Positions 11,880 to 24,385 of a stretch of DNA of 64,000 bases are shown here, piece after piece; the first letter of the stretch is position 1, and each line of letters starts with the position of its first letter. The stretch comes from Raillietiella orientalis (lineage: Eukaryota). Under the pieces are notes generated by a model that made no database searches, was not told the DNA's origin, and saw only the letters and a list, made by a program, of their open reading frames with translations. The DNA lies in NCBI GenBank assembly GCA_036172245.1, contig JAYWIR010000042.1, forward strand, positions 1,240,001-1,304,000, given 5' to 3'. The position numbers and the translations under genes were made by a program.

Positions 11880-12250
11880 GCGTGGCATGTGGCACTTGCG
11901 GCATCCATGGTAACGAAAGCTGCTTTACTGGCGGTGCTTGGGTTATGCTCGGGGTAAATTTCATGCCTTGGATTTCTGCCGTCTGTCTTGCTGCTTACTC
12001 TATGGGTTCTCCATTCCGTGTGTCTTCCTCCAGAGTTCCCCGCAGGATGTGTTTCCCAAGTTTCTACATCCGAAGCGAGGTCACGCGGTTCACACATCTC
12101 CGGCGAGGAGACTGCAACTTTTCGGAAGACGGGCGAGAGGTCTGAGAGATGCTCGGAGGCATTGTTCCTGGAAGAGTCCAAACCTCGGCTTCCCTCTGCA
12201 CGGGAAGAATCAAGACAAGTCAAGGCCTCGGTGGGGGTTTCAACAGCTTC
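11880..12250 (-). mobile_element. Possible decayed Gypsy RT-RNase H linker
   Basis: EHLSDLSPVFRKV and AFVTMDAA resemble PxLSxxxxPLRxL and xxxDAS. Confidence 0.25.
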
Positions 12251-15200
12251 GCTTAACGGGGCGTCTCAGACCGTTGAAACAAGTCGAACAAGTCCGCAAC
12301 ATTTGGCTTTCGTTCGCTCGCTGTTTGATGAGGCTGCGATCCGGGATCGGAATTTCCGTCGACTCTGTAGAGTTCGGGTGTGATCCTCGCCAGCCGAGAA
12401 CCCATTCGAGCGGATTTCCGTACCGTTGCACCGCGCTCGTGCGCGCTGTCCGGGCGCTTTCACCACCATCCCGTTGCCCTGGCTGGGGGGGGGGGGGGAG
12501 GAAACCTTCTAGAGAATTCGTTGCGCGCGTCCTAAGCAACTTTGGCTCGATAGCCAAAGTTGCCTGCCAGCCAACCACGCAATGGTTTTTTTTTATGACG
12601 TCACCGAAATCAACAAACCCCAAACGGTCCGCTTGTGCCCATAGTTCCTTCTCCCCCCACCCCACCCCTTTCGTTTTTCTTCTTCCTCTTCCATTTTTGG
12701 AGAAACCGGTGTGCCTCTCGCCCGTTTGGCCATCTTTCCTGATCAAAGTGCGCGCACCACCCGAGCTGCTCGTGGTCCTCTCTTGCGTAATTGCTCAATA
12801 TGGATCTGGACGCGAGCGTGCCCTTCTGCGCGCTCTTTCGCGAAAGGAAAACGCCACGGCTCCCAGTGCAAGTTGGTCAGCAGGTGAAGGTTGGCGGCTG
12901 CCGTCTCGATGCGAGGGCGCCGGAACGCGGATCCGTAAAAGAGTGAGCCTCAGGAAAACCAGTCAGTGGAATGTGAACGTTCCCAGAGGAAGACGAAAGA
13001 TCGCAGCCTCGACCGGCCGAACACGGACGTGAATGAAATGCCCGTCGCCCGGGTGTACGCCCTACACGTGACTTTGTTGGTTCTTGCGAACGCGCTGTTT
13101 TTCCTCCTCTCCGCATTCGAGAGCGCCCGACATGGTCGTCATACCGCCGGTGCCCCGCAGACGAAAAGTGACGACTCTCAAGGTGAAGAAAACCGCTGTT
13201 GGCTCGGTTTCTTGTAATGGCTTTGCTCGACAGGTTTGGCTTCCGCTCGTTTGCCCAGAAGACAACGCTTCAGTAGGTCTTGTGTGCTGAGAATGGTTTG
13301 CGAAATAGACCTGAAGGGCAGCAGGGCTGACGCACCTTTCATGCGAATCATAGATAACCTTGTAAAGTAAGTTTTGTGAAATGGGCATGTGTGATCTGAG
13401 CTGGCATTGGTGCGCTGCCGCGTCAGTTGCCAAGCGTGGGTCCGTCTCGGGTGCACATCTTCCTGAAATGTCGAACTTTTCGATCGACCGCCGCTTCCAG
13501 CGGTGAGCCCCTCGCTTGCCGTTTCGGAGCGGCGCATTACGGTCGTGGTGCGAGCCAGCCCGGCTTGATCTGCCGTGCTGGCCGTCGCCTGCCAGTCTTC
13601 GAGCCGGACCATGAGGTCAGCAAGGACTGCAGGAGAATCGCACGCGTGGCTCCGCCCTTTTACGTGGCGTGGTTACCCCCATCAGGTCTCAGCTACTCTG
13701 AATCACCTCGTCGCAGGGAAGCCAGCGGTTCTGCCTCTTCCGGCTTTCGTGAAGGCAGAGGACGAGGTTCCCTTCCTCCTTCCGGAGAGGATGACAAAAG
13801 CGGACAGAGATGGAAAGCCTGGAAAAATGCCAGCGTCGTGCGTACGGCCCGTGACCGTAGTGGACCGAGGAGCGCGCGGCGGTCTTAGCGAGCCGACGAG
13901 CAAGAGAGAAAGAACGTTCTCTTCGCACGCGACTCAGCAGCTGCACACACGCCTCCTTGACTCGGACGTACCTCCGAGCTTTTCCATCTCAGCTCTTCGC
14001 ACCGTCATCTCAAGTGGTCGAGTTTCACTTGAAAAGCTACCGTTTGTCCGTGGTCAACGGCAGGTGGAACGCGCGAAGTGGGGAAGGCATATGGATGCTT
14101 CTTCCCTGAAGTCCATCTCCATTTCATGCGCTACATTTTTTTTTTCTTCCGTAAACGCCCTCTGGATTTATCCCTAACGAGATTGATGTAATGTACGCTT
14201 TTATTTATTTGCTTCCCGTTTACTTAAGGGCAGATTCAGCGCGTTCATTCTGGCCCGTCTTCCGGCATGCGGCTTTTGCCATCTTCCCTTCATCTGAGTG
14301 CAGCAGCTTTCATTTCTGCTTTCCGTTAACAGCTGTCATCTCTATAGATGTCTCTTAAGAGTGTAGCACCTCAGAAGGAGGCGGGAAGGGAAGGAGGAGA
14401 GATGGGGAGGACTAAGAACCGCTGTGAATTCGAAAGGTTCTCTTTCGGAAGCAGCAGAGAGGAAAAGGAACGCTCGCAGTTCCGTCGCACCTTCTTTTTT
14501 TTTTTTTTCTGGCTTGAATCGCGCTTTCCTCCAGCCACAGTACCCCTCAGTATAACGGATCTCAGCCGGCGACCGGTTTGCTGCTCTCGTCGAAGATTGA
14601 CCTTTGTTCTGCTACCTTTGGTTGGTTCGTCTGCCACGCAACGCCTGGTCCAGAGGAGCGAAAAGCTTCCCCTCACTGCCTTCCAGACTAGAAGGCGAAC
14701 TCTCTCTTCGGAAGGAGCAGAGGATCATCCCGAGGGAAGTAGACGTACAGAGAGAGCGTTGGGTGAACGAATCGGGCGAAGGGGAAGAACGACGGAGGAG
14801 ATATGTCCACAAGCAAATTCTGGGCTGCTGGAAGCAAAAGATCTCTTAAGCCCTCTTCCTTTCCTCCCTTCCTCCTCCTTGAGTACGAAACGGTGAGAAC
14901 GTGAACGGAAGAAGTATGGAACTTTCCCCATGCGGAAGCTGGAGAGAAAGAGGCCCCCGCGGAGTGCTGTGAGTCGGGCTGCGGAACTTCGAACTCAGTT
15001 GGGACGCTGGTGGGGACGGAGGAAGAAGGGGGAAAGTCGGAGAAGCACCGAAGAAGGAGCTCCACGCTTCGCCATTCGCGACCGTTCGTTCCGGGACGCG
15101 ACTTTGCCATCTGGGAACAATGCAAAGGCCCGAGGACACACCGAAGGGGCCGAGGCAAGCGTGTGATTCGGGTCCAGGTGCACTCGACCAAAGGGATTTC

Positions 15201-16349
15201 GGGTTCGCTGAGAGCGCCCGCCTCGAGAAGGACCGTGTGTGACCACGAGGGCGCGACAGAGTTGCACCGACGCCCGCAGTTGAAACCACGGCCGCTGAGA
15301 AAGGCGACCCTAGGGGCAGGCAGTCCGAAAGCTGCCGACCCTCCGGTGTGAGTGTGGCTAGAACGGTGGATCCTGAGGTGACCTATGGGTTAAGAAAGGA
15401 CTGGAGATGATGGGAACCGAGATCTCGTCGGTTCTTCTTTTTTTTTTTTTTTCCTTTCAGATTTCTGAATTCGAACTTCGGGTTCTGGAAGTACCGCGAC
15501 GGGTTCGTTCAGAAGGAAGAGAGAATTCGCGTAGGGGTCCTCCTTCGGTCATCGTCGTCCTAAGACAATGCCAGTACACCCTTTCCCCCTTCTCCCCCTC
15601 CTCACATAGCTCCTGAAGTTGGATCTAGTGGAAGTATATTTGAGGATGCCCCTTCCTCTAGGAACAGGAGCACGGAGAAGGCTACGCGTTCTGTCCCCGG
15701 TGTGTGTTTGTGGGCGGATGGGAGAAGGGTGAGGGAAGGAGGGAAAATAGGAATGCTCCTTGATTTCTTGCTCCCTCATTGCAGCAAGGGAGGGTCCCCC
15801 CTTGCGTTCGACCTTCAGGTTCTTCCGCCTGCTCTCCTGGTGGCGCAGCGGGCATCACTAAAGGATCCCGTCTGGAAGGAGAGGCAACTCCACCTCGCCA
15901 CCCTTCTCTGGAAAAACCACTCCGCGGAGCCCGTTCAACAGCGTTCTCTCGCTCCCTTTCGAAACTTTAATCGTTTTTCCCCTCGTTTCATCCCCCCCCC
16001 CCTTCTGGACCCGAGTGCAGTTGAGGACTCGTCGTCACGCCAGGCGTTGGCTCGGTCACGCCCATCCCATGCTCTTCCCTTCCCTTGGACCAGGAAGCGC
16101 CGTGCCCGCCTTCGTCGAGGTTGCCTCTTCGTCAGCGGGAGGACGAAACGCCCCCTGGGGTAGATGGGACACTGGAGACCTCCCCCCCTCCAGGACTTCT
16201 TGCCCAGTGGCTTCTAGGTGCCCTCTGGGGTAGCAGGAGTCAAATTGCTGCACTTTTCCCCCTCCTTTTCAAGTCCTCTTAGGGGACCTCTGGGGATTGT
16301 GCTCGTGCTTGCGTCTCCTAGGCGCAGCCCCTGCTCCCCCTACCCCGGG

Positions 16350-16620
16350 GAAGAAGTTCAACGGAGTCACTGCTCTTCAGGCAGGGAGATACGCCGACGC
16401 AGCTGTTAGAAGGCCGTTCCAGCTGCTGCTGTCCGAGAGGTCGGGGGCAGCACCGACTCCAGCACGAGCGACTTCTGCAGGAAGGAGGCAGGGGGAGGGA
16501 GACTCTCCCAGGTTGACTTCGATCCCGACTCGGGGTCTCGGTGTCCGTCGACGTCACGAGTGAGGAGGATGGTAGACTCAAGAAACGTCGCACTGAGCTG
16601 CAGGGGTGCAGGCGCCTCCT
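16350..16620 (+). mobile_element. Decayed repeat, possibly Gypsy gag-like; related copy at about 37600-37880
   Basis: Both copies share CGAGCGACTTC, GACTCTCC and CTCGGTGTCCGTCGACGTC. GDTPTQLL resembles the gag motif LGDRKPSQLL. Confidence 0.4.
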
Positions 16621-17049
16621 CCTAGTGCTAATGGCTAAGGAGGACCCCCTTGGACCTCCCCTCTGGAACGTGACTGCCCTCTCCGACACGTTCCTTCCCA
16701 GACCTTGAGAGATCGAGGGGAAGAGCAGGAGGAGGACAGGGCGTCGTTTTCCCTTCCCCATTCTTGTGTCCTCCATCCATCATCATTGCTCCAGATTGTT
16801 TTTTTTCCTTCTTTTACGTCCTCCACAGTCTCTCTTCAGCCCACCCTAAAACTCGTGGAATGGGAAGGGGGGGGGGGGGAGGAATCGGGCGCAGTGGACG
16901 ACGGTTCGCTCTCGCCTCAGGAGCTCTCATGTCCAGGGAAGGGAGGAGGATGTGCGGAGTCTGCAAAGGACCGAGGTAACTGAGAGCGGAGGCAGTTCGA
17001 GGAGGAGGGGGGGATCAAGTAGGAGCAGCTCGACTGAAAGAGAGGGAGT

Positions 17050-17800
17050 CCGCCCCCTTCTTCATGGAGGGGGGGAGAAAGTGCTGACCAGCGTGCATCC
17101 CCCCGACGCTGCCGGAAGAGGACGGTAACGAAGGAGAGTCTGCTGGGTTTTCGGGGCGCCGTAGGGCGGACGGAGAGCGCGTCGGCGGGATCTCTCGAGA
17201 CGGAAGCCGGAAGTGGGACGGTCCCGCCAGCGCGAGGGAGAGAAACGAACTTGGGTCGCACTGGGGCTGACGGGCCATCAGGGGTGGGTGGGTGGGGAGG
17301 GAGAGGAGGCAAGCGAACACGCCTTCCCCGTCTGATCGCCGCAGCTGCGTGGCTGCATCCATCCCTGGATCGCGCTGCTGGTGGAGATACGAGAGCAGAA
17401 AGGTCCTGAAAAACTTCCAGGACGCGACGCGCCTTCCCGTGGCAACCTCGCGCGCGCTTCGGATAGCTCACCCTGACATCCGAGCCTGTCGCCACAGGTG
17501 GCTCCACCTTGGAGGGAGGGACGCTTTTCCAGTAGATCGGTAGAAGGTCTCTCCTTTTGCTTTCCGCAAAAGGAGAGACCCAGCTTGGAAAGGCACGCAC
17601 CTCTCGCTCGCGACGCCGTGGAGCACTCCTACGGGCTCGCCTCACGAGGGGCCCAGGGGCGTCAGCGGGGCGGATGGGCAGTTCCCGCGGAACGGGAACG
17701 CTGTCCCATTCGCCTGTCCGGTCCGGCACCTCCCCCGCGTGCAGAGCGGCCGGCACGCGCGCATCGTCTTTCGCCACGTCTCCGCGAAGGGGCGCTGGCG
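17050..17800 (-). mobile_element. Decayed non-LTR (L2/CR1-like) reverse transcriptase
   Basis: AGEVPD..W..VPVP, DLLPIY, VLEVFQDLSA (~VLLDLSAAFD) and YGAPKT..LLRYRPL (~GVPQGS..LFxxYxxPL) occur in the correct order. Confidence 0.45.
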
Positions 17801-18849
17801 TCACGCGTGCGGTGATGGGTCGGATCTCCCGCTAACCGCCGTCGCTCCATCCCCCTGCTCGCGCTCGACAGCCTCATGCCCGCGCACGCGGAACCGCATC
17901 TCTTGCAGCCTTGCCCTCTGGAGTCTGGAGGGGAGGGAGGGGGTCGCTGACGCTCCCCTGTGAGGGAGGTGTGCGCCGACGTGGCTGCGGTGGAGGGAGG
18001 CCGTTCTGGATGACGCCCTAGGTCGAGGGCGGTGCTGACGCCAGCAAGAGGGACTTCCGCGGCGTCGACGAAAGGTCGCGCGCGCGATCCCGGAGGAGGC
18101 CGAACCGAGGAGCGCCCGCGAGCTGCGCGCTCTGGAAGCTCTCCGTGACGTCCAAGCGCGCCCGCACCCGTTCGCACGGTTCCTGGCGTTCGTCCCGCGC
18201 GTCCCCCAGTTCGTCCCCTTTCCCTTCGGTCCCCTCGCGCGGCCTTTAACGTTCGTGCTCCTGGTGTTCTCCAAGCTGGTTTCGCACGCGCACAGGGAGT
18301 CTCTGTGCTCCCCGGATCACCGACGTTCATCGCCAGGGAGTGTTCGGGGCGACCAAGCACCGCCGAAGTGTGCCCCGCACCCGCGGCGCTGGTCCGGTGC
18401 GTTCCCTAAGCGCCGGATTCGTTCGCTCCGAACATCCAAGTGCCCCGAAGATCGCGCTCCCCCGCCGCTCACGCGAGCTTTCCACTCGGTTACGCCCGGG
18501 GGAGTTTATTTTATAGAAAGAAACCAGCTTGAAACACGCTGGTTCCCGACCGAAGACGAAAGAAGTTCGCGGGGGAGACAGGATTGGCAGGTCGGGATAT
18601 CCGAAAGTCCGGAACGGCAGGGAGGAGAGGGGGACAACACGCAAAAAAGTAAGGGAATCCAAGGGGATGGGGCAGGAGCCTTTGGGTTCGCTCCGTATAC
18701 ACCGGGATGAAGGCACGCAAACCGAGGAAGGCAAGGAGCAAAAGGGAGTAGGGAATGAGGAAAAAAAAAAAAAAAATACATAGGGTGGGGCAAGGGTCAC
18801 CGTTGTCCTCCGCTCCCAACTTTCAAAACCGGTACTGGTTGTCAGCGAT

Positions 18850-19700
18850 CTCCTCTTGCAGGTGAAACCGCCCGGTGGCTGTCCTTATGCGGGCGGCTGC
18901 CATCCCGGTGACTTCCCTTCGCTGTGTCGGTCGTCTCCAGGCACGTGGCGGACCTTGACGATGGTGCGAATGCAGCCCATCGCTGCGATCGCGGCGCCCG
19001 TCGAGAGTCCTCCCGGCGTAAAGAACCGCCGAAGCAGGACCTCGCGGACGCCAGCCTCCGCCACACTTCCGAGGACAACGCGGCCCGAAAGCAGGTACGG
19101 CGGGTGTGACCCACCGACCTGCATCTGGAGCTACAGCTCGGGGGCGACAAACCCTGCGGAAACGAGAGTGCCGGAGCGCTGGTTGAACTGGAGTCCCCAG
19201 CTCAGAGGAAGCAGCGCAGCCTGCTGCTTCTTGGAGAGCGCGAGCAGTGGGAGAAGCGTACAGGAATCGGGGAGGGACCCACAGGTTCCTCGGGTTCAGC
19301 GCTCAAAAAGTTGACTCCGCCGGAGGAGTCCCGTCGCCACGACGTGCGGAATGGCAGCATCCACCATCCCGAGCATCTCCCAGCCGCCAAGGAGTTTCGT
19401 CCTTCCGGCGGTGGTGGCAGCCGTCATCGCTTATCCTCAGGGCAGACCGCGCTGCGGCGAGAGGTGTGTCGACACCACCATGACGTGTCCTTCATCGCCG
19501 CTTCTAAAGCTCACGGCGGGGAAGTGTCGCAGGGGGTGCAAAGTTCCTTCGGGAGCATTCCCGGGAATAAAACCCGGGACTCATTGGCCTCCTGCCGCCA
19601 GGTGCTGAAGTTCACACGCGCGAGAGTCGGCCCGGAACGCGTGCCGCCTACTGGAAGGGCGGATTGAGAGAAAGGCGGTCCAGAAGGAGCCTTCGCACGG
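18850..19700 (-). mobile_element. Decayed Ty3/Gypsy RT-RNase H
   Basis: RSQRWAAF (~RLQRWA) followed by VRHVPG (~IxHxPGxxNxxAD); weaker RT-like remnants upstream. Confidence 0.4.
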
Positions 19701-21899
19701 AGGAGTAGAAGGAGGAGGGAGGGTGAAAAGGAGGAAGCAGGAAGCTTCGTAACGGCGACGATCTGTCCGGAACGGTTGGCCTCGAGGACCCCAGCTGCCG
19801 CCTCGTTTCAAGGAGAGAGAGCGCGCGCGTGCCCTCCCGAAGAATGCGGCGGTGCGGCGTGATCGCCCTAGGGGGAGGAGAGATGGGGTGGAGTGCTCCT
19901 GCCGCTCGCGAAGGCCAAGCGGGAAAGCGGAACCTCTCGAAGAGGCAGCTGCGGGAACGGCGCTAGTCTCGAATCTCGTAGGACCTTTTTCCTTGCGCTG
20001 AAGGTGGGAGCAAAGGAAGAGAGATCCAAGCCCTGATGGGGAGGAAAAGACCCCAGGAAGTCATGGCCACCACCACCTCATCCCTTTGAGCCGCGTGCTC
20101 GTAAGCAGCTGCGCTGACCCGCTTCCGTCCCCCTCGCGTGCAGTCTGAGATGGGATGCTGGAGGTCAGGGAACCGTGGAGGAAGGACAGTGCGGTCAGAG
20201 AGTGGAACGGCCGGGCCACGGACTTCCAGACTTCCCGGGGCTTCTCCTCCCTAGGAAGCCGTCCGCTCACTCTTCCGCCTTTCTCCCTCCGTTTCCGTCG
20301 CCTCAGGACAAGAAAAACCCGTCGCGCAAACATCCTGCTGACCTTAATAGATCCTGCAGGATCCTTGATGGCTCTTTCCCGGGCGGCGCGCCTCTGCCGG
20401 TTGAGGGAGGCTGCCGCTCGCCTCTGAGCTCATCTCGAGCAGGGTCCGCGCGCGGCGGAAGCAGCGGACCGGAGTCCGCGCACCTCTTCTCACCAACACC
20501 GCAGGTGGCCGTTTCCTCCAGCTTCAGAGAAGCTCTGGGAAGGGGAAGGAGGAACAGGGACGCCCGGACTTCGGCTAGCGAGTCCCGTCTCCTCCGAAGG
20601 TCGCTGGACGTCCCGGATATCCTGGGGAAGCATGTGCTGCCGTCGTCTGGGGAACAAGAGAGGTGCTCGGACTCCATGACATCCGAGTTCCCTCGCAGCC
20701 ATGGGAGCGAGAGAGACAGGAGAATGGGGCGCGTTCCCCTCCGAAACGGGCAGCAAGGAGGACACCCGCTGCAACGGGAAGCTGTTAGAAAGACGAGGAC
20801 ACCCGGCATCGGATGTCTTCCTGAGTCCCCTCTCCCCCTTCTAAAAAAAGAAAGGAAGAAAAGAAATGATAAATCCGGTTTGCTCCTCCCAGTCTGGAAT
20901 TTCCTTTGAGAAGGAGGGAAGGAGCTCCTGAGCGGCGTGCGGTGGATCCATTGCCGAGGGGAGAGAAGGAGAGGTGTCGTCCAGGTGTCCTGCATCCATT
21001 TTCCGAAGGATAACGGGGGAAGGGAGAGTGGCAGGAAATCAGGGAACAAGGCTCTGGCGGAAACTCCCCGTGATCTAAGGGATGTAAGAAGAGAGAGAGA
21101 AGGGCGTCCCATCCCGTTGTTCGTGAAATGAGGGCAACTCTATTCTCGGGAGGTTCCGCTGCAAGGGAGGTGAGGTAGTTCCTCGGTGCGTTTCTGACTC
21201 GGTTCGCCTTCCACCGGGAAAGCCCTTCCACCTCCCACCACCCCATGAAGACTAGGGCAATTCCAGTTTCAGTGATCTGTGATCTAAGAAGGTTTCTCTC
21301 CCACGTAACCAGTTTCGCCTTCCAATGGAAGTGGAGGAGACCCCCCCCCCCAACCCTCCAGGAGGAGCTGATCGCTAACATACGTTTAGCTTCCAGCCTA
21401 GAGAGTCACCCATGAAGAAGGAGCAGCATCTGGAGCACACCACTCCTCAGGGTTCATTCGCTCCCACTTCTCCTGGTCATGCGTGTGTGTGTGTTTTCCA
21501 TCTCGCATGACCGATGGATCTACGTCTTATCGGGATACTCCTCCTCTCCCCCTCTCCTCTCCCGAGAAATGAGTTAGGGAGAAAGTGCTGCCACAGCGAC
21601 CAAGGAGCCATCTGGAGTGAGCACAGAGGTGGATCTCTCTCCTAGAAGGTTTAGTTCACCAGCAGGCTTCTTCGGGTCGAAACACTTCCCTTGATCCAGG
21701 GATGTCCACAATTCACTGTGAATTGCCTCTTCTACCTTCTTGATTAGATAGAGAGCAAAATTCCCATGGTTCCTTCCATGGGAAAGTCAATTCTTTTTTT
21801 TTCTGAATTAAAGAAAAGTGCTCTGTTGGAGTTGGGCGATGCTGATTCTACAAGAGATCACATCGGACTTTTGCTTGTTAGAGATCGCTACTTTCAAAG

Positions 21900-22500
21900 A
21901 CTGGTAGTAATTACACCAAGGCGATATATCTGATAGAAATTGACTAGAAGGAACCTGAGCACCGGAGAAGGCAGGTTATTCCCAAACAAAAATCAGACAG
22001 CTTCTTCTGCTGCTCCGAGAAGAGATCGGGGTTTTGATTCCTCAACGCCATCTCCAAGAAGCTGTCTGATTAGGAGTGATAGATGGAGCGAAGCGGAAAC
22101 AGCACAGGAAGACCATCTTCCTTGTGGTCTCCCATCCAGATGTTCCGTCATGCATTACAGAGGGAGAAAGAAAAACCTATCCTGATGGCCGCCCGCAGCT
22201 GGGCCAGCTACCAGACAAGAAGGTTGGCTAACACAATCTCTCTCTTCTTGGCTTTCGGCAAACCCGAAGTCCAAGATTTTAGAGACTACGAAACAACAGA
22301 GGATCACTGCTGCTGCCCACTGACAGGAAGGCATAGGATAGGAAGGATTGGAAGGGTGGATAGGAAGAAAAAACTAGCAGGTCCAATCCTTTTTGTCCTT
22401 TTAGATCAATGCGTAGAGACTCGTCCACTTCATAGAGGGTGGTTTTCTGAAATACTCTTTTCAGTAGAACCTTCTCATCCAAGGAGGTCTAATTCGAGGC
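21900..22500 (+). mobile_element. Decayed non-LTR (CR1/L2/Jockey-like) reverse transcriptase
   Basis: ORF 22083-22535 contains SLFLAFGKP (~FLDFSKAFD), LTGRHRIGRIG (~LxGRxQxVxIG) and LAGPILFVLL (~LGPLLFLIY). Confidence 0.5.
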
Positions 22501-24385
22501 ATAGAGAGAGGGATGATGGGAAAGGGAAAAGATAGCAGCAGTGAGCGAAGCACCTGCAGATTTTATCGCATAGCATTCTCTTCTTTCTCCTCCTCCTCGT
22601 TTCCATCCCGCTTGAGAGAGGGAGGAAGGAAAGGAAGAGGAGTGGGAAGACAGTTGTTTTGAAGATAAAGCTTCCTTCTCTCGCGGAAAGTCTTGAGTCT
22701 CTACAGAAGGGAGAAAAGACCGAGGACGGTCCGTTTATCAGAGGGTATGAAGGTCGAACCTCTCAGCAGGGAGCTCCCTGCTGGATGAATCCTCCTTCAG
22801 TCTGAGGGAAGCGGTCGATCCGGATGCCAATGACAGGCTCAGAATCGAAAAAGAATCCAACCGGTCGCACTAGAGATAACTCCATGATTGAAGTGACGAA
22901 GGAGCATGGATAGTGAAGCGCGGAAAATGAAGAATCCAGTTCAGAAACACCCACAGAAAGAAAAGGAAGCTACTTTTCAATGCACAGGAGGAGAAAGGGA
23001 CTTTTGGAAAAAGTCCAAATCCTAAAAATGTGATAGCTAGCAAAGGGAAGTAGGTAAGTAGCATCCTTTGCTTTTTTGATGTACTAAGAGATTGACACTA
23101 AGTAATGTTTTGCTGTATCGACAATGACTACAGGAAGATTAAAAAAGCTCCTTCAGCTGCTTACGAGGTCTTCAGCAAAAGAAAACTAGGAAACAGGAAT
23201 CAAGAGGAAGAGATTCGTATCCGATGTAAAGAGGAGAAGAGCTGACATGCGAGAATGGAGCGTAAGAAAAAAATGACAATCTACCCTCTCTTTGATCAGC
23301 TATCGAGTTCAAGCTTAGCGATGCAAAACACTCTCCTATTCTGTCTTGTGTAACGAAGAGCACATTGTGTGCTATCTTTTCTGTAAATGCTCAAATCCAG
23401 TTTTTCTCTCCAGCTGCAAGAATTATGTTTTCCTATAAATATCTTGTTCAATTTATGCCGAATACTTACTGTGAGTGATACTTAAGTGATGGTCAACGTC
23501 ACGTGAGTTTCAACATCACATGATGAAACCGAACAGTCTAGTTTTTTTTTTTTTTTTTTTTTTTTTCAGCAAAATAAACAGGATGATTAACAATTTTCTC
23601 GTTTTAAATGAAAATTGCTCTCCATGTTGGCAATTTTACTCACTTTCAAGTGCTCATAAAACATGAGAGAGGGTTAGAATGTCAGAGTGAACTTATGTAC
23701 ATCCTAGGGGAGCTAGGAATGATCTGAAATGTAGCACATCCACTCTCCGATCCAGATTTCATTATTATAAAGCAGACTAATTATCCTTTCCTCTTTCTTG
23801 TTTAATAGACAAAAAAGAGAAAAAGAATTTCATACTAATTTTTATTAAAAAATATTACTGCATCTAATTGATATGATGGATTCGATTTCAACATGCTCGA
23901 TTCCTATTTAGTATGCATGCTTGGTAACACTAATCGATGTGCTGGATGCTTCACAATACTGTCGTTTGTGCTTTGCGGTAATATCTCCATCAGCATTTCT
24001 CATTACGTATCTTCATGCCCAATCGAGACGTGCATATATGTGACTGTTTTAATGCTTCGTGAAGTATTCAAGGAGGTGTTACGCATAAGGCTCCTGAGAC
24101 AGTGTGGAACCACTCCCTCATTTGGTGCTTGTAGACCTTTGTATGAGTCAAACAGTTCAAATTTTTTACCCAGTCGTATTTCATCCGAAAACGCAGATTT
24201 TTACCTTGTCGAACGTCATTCTGTACCAGAAAAAGTTTTACTGTGAAACAAATGTGTTTTGCATGTTAAAGTCGTGTTTATATATATTTATATGTAGATG
24301 TATGTATGCATGTATGTATGTGTGCGTGCGTGCGTGTTATTAATAAGTAGTAAATTGGTTTCATTTCAAGAAAAATCCTTACAAA

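Noticed and set aside
23000..24380. A WDR3-like head-to-head partner of GDAP2, as in human
   Set aside because: No WD40-like coding sequence recognisable on the minus strand.
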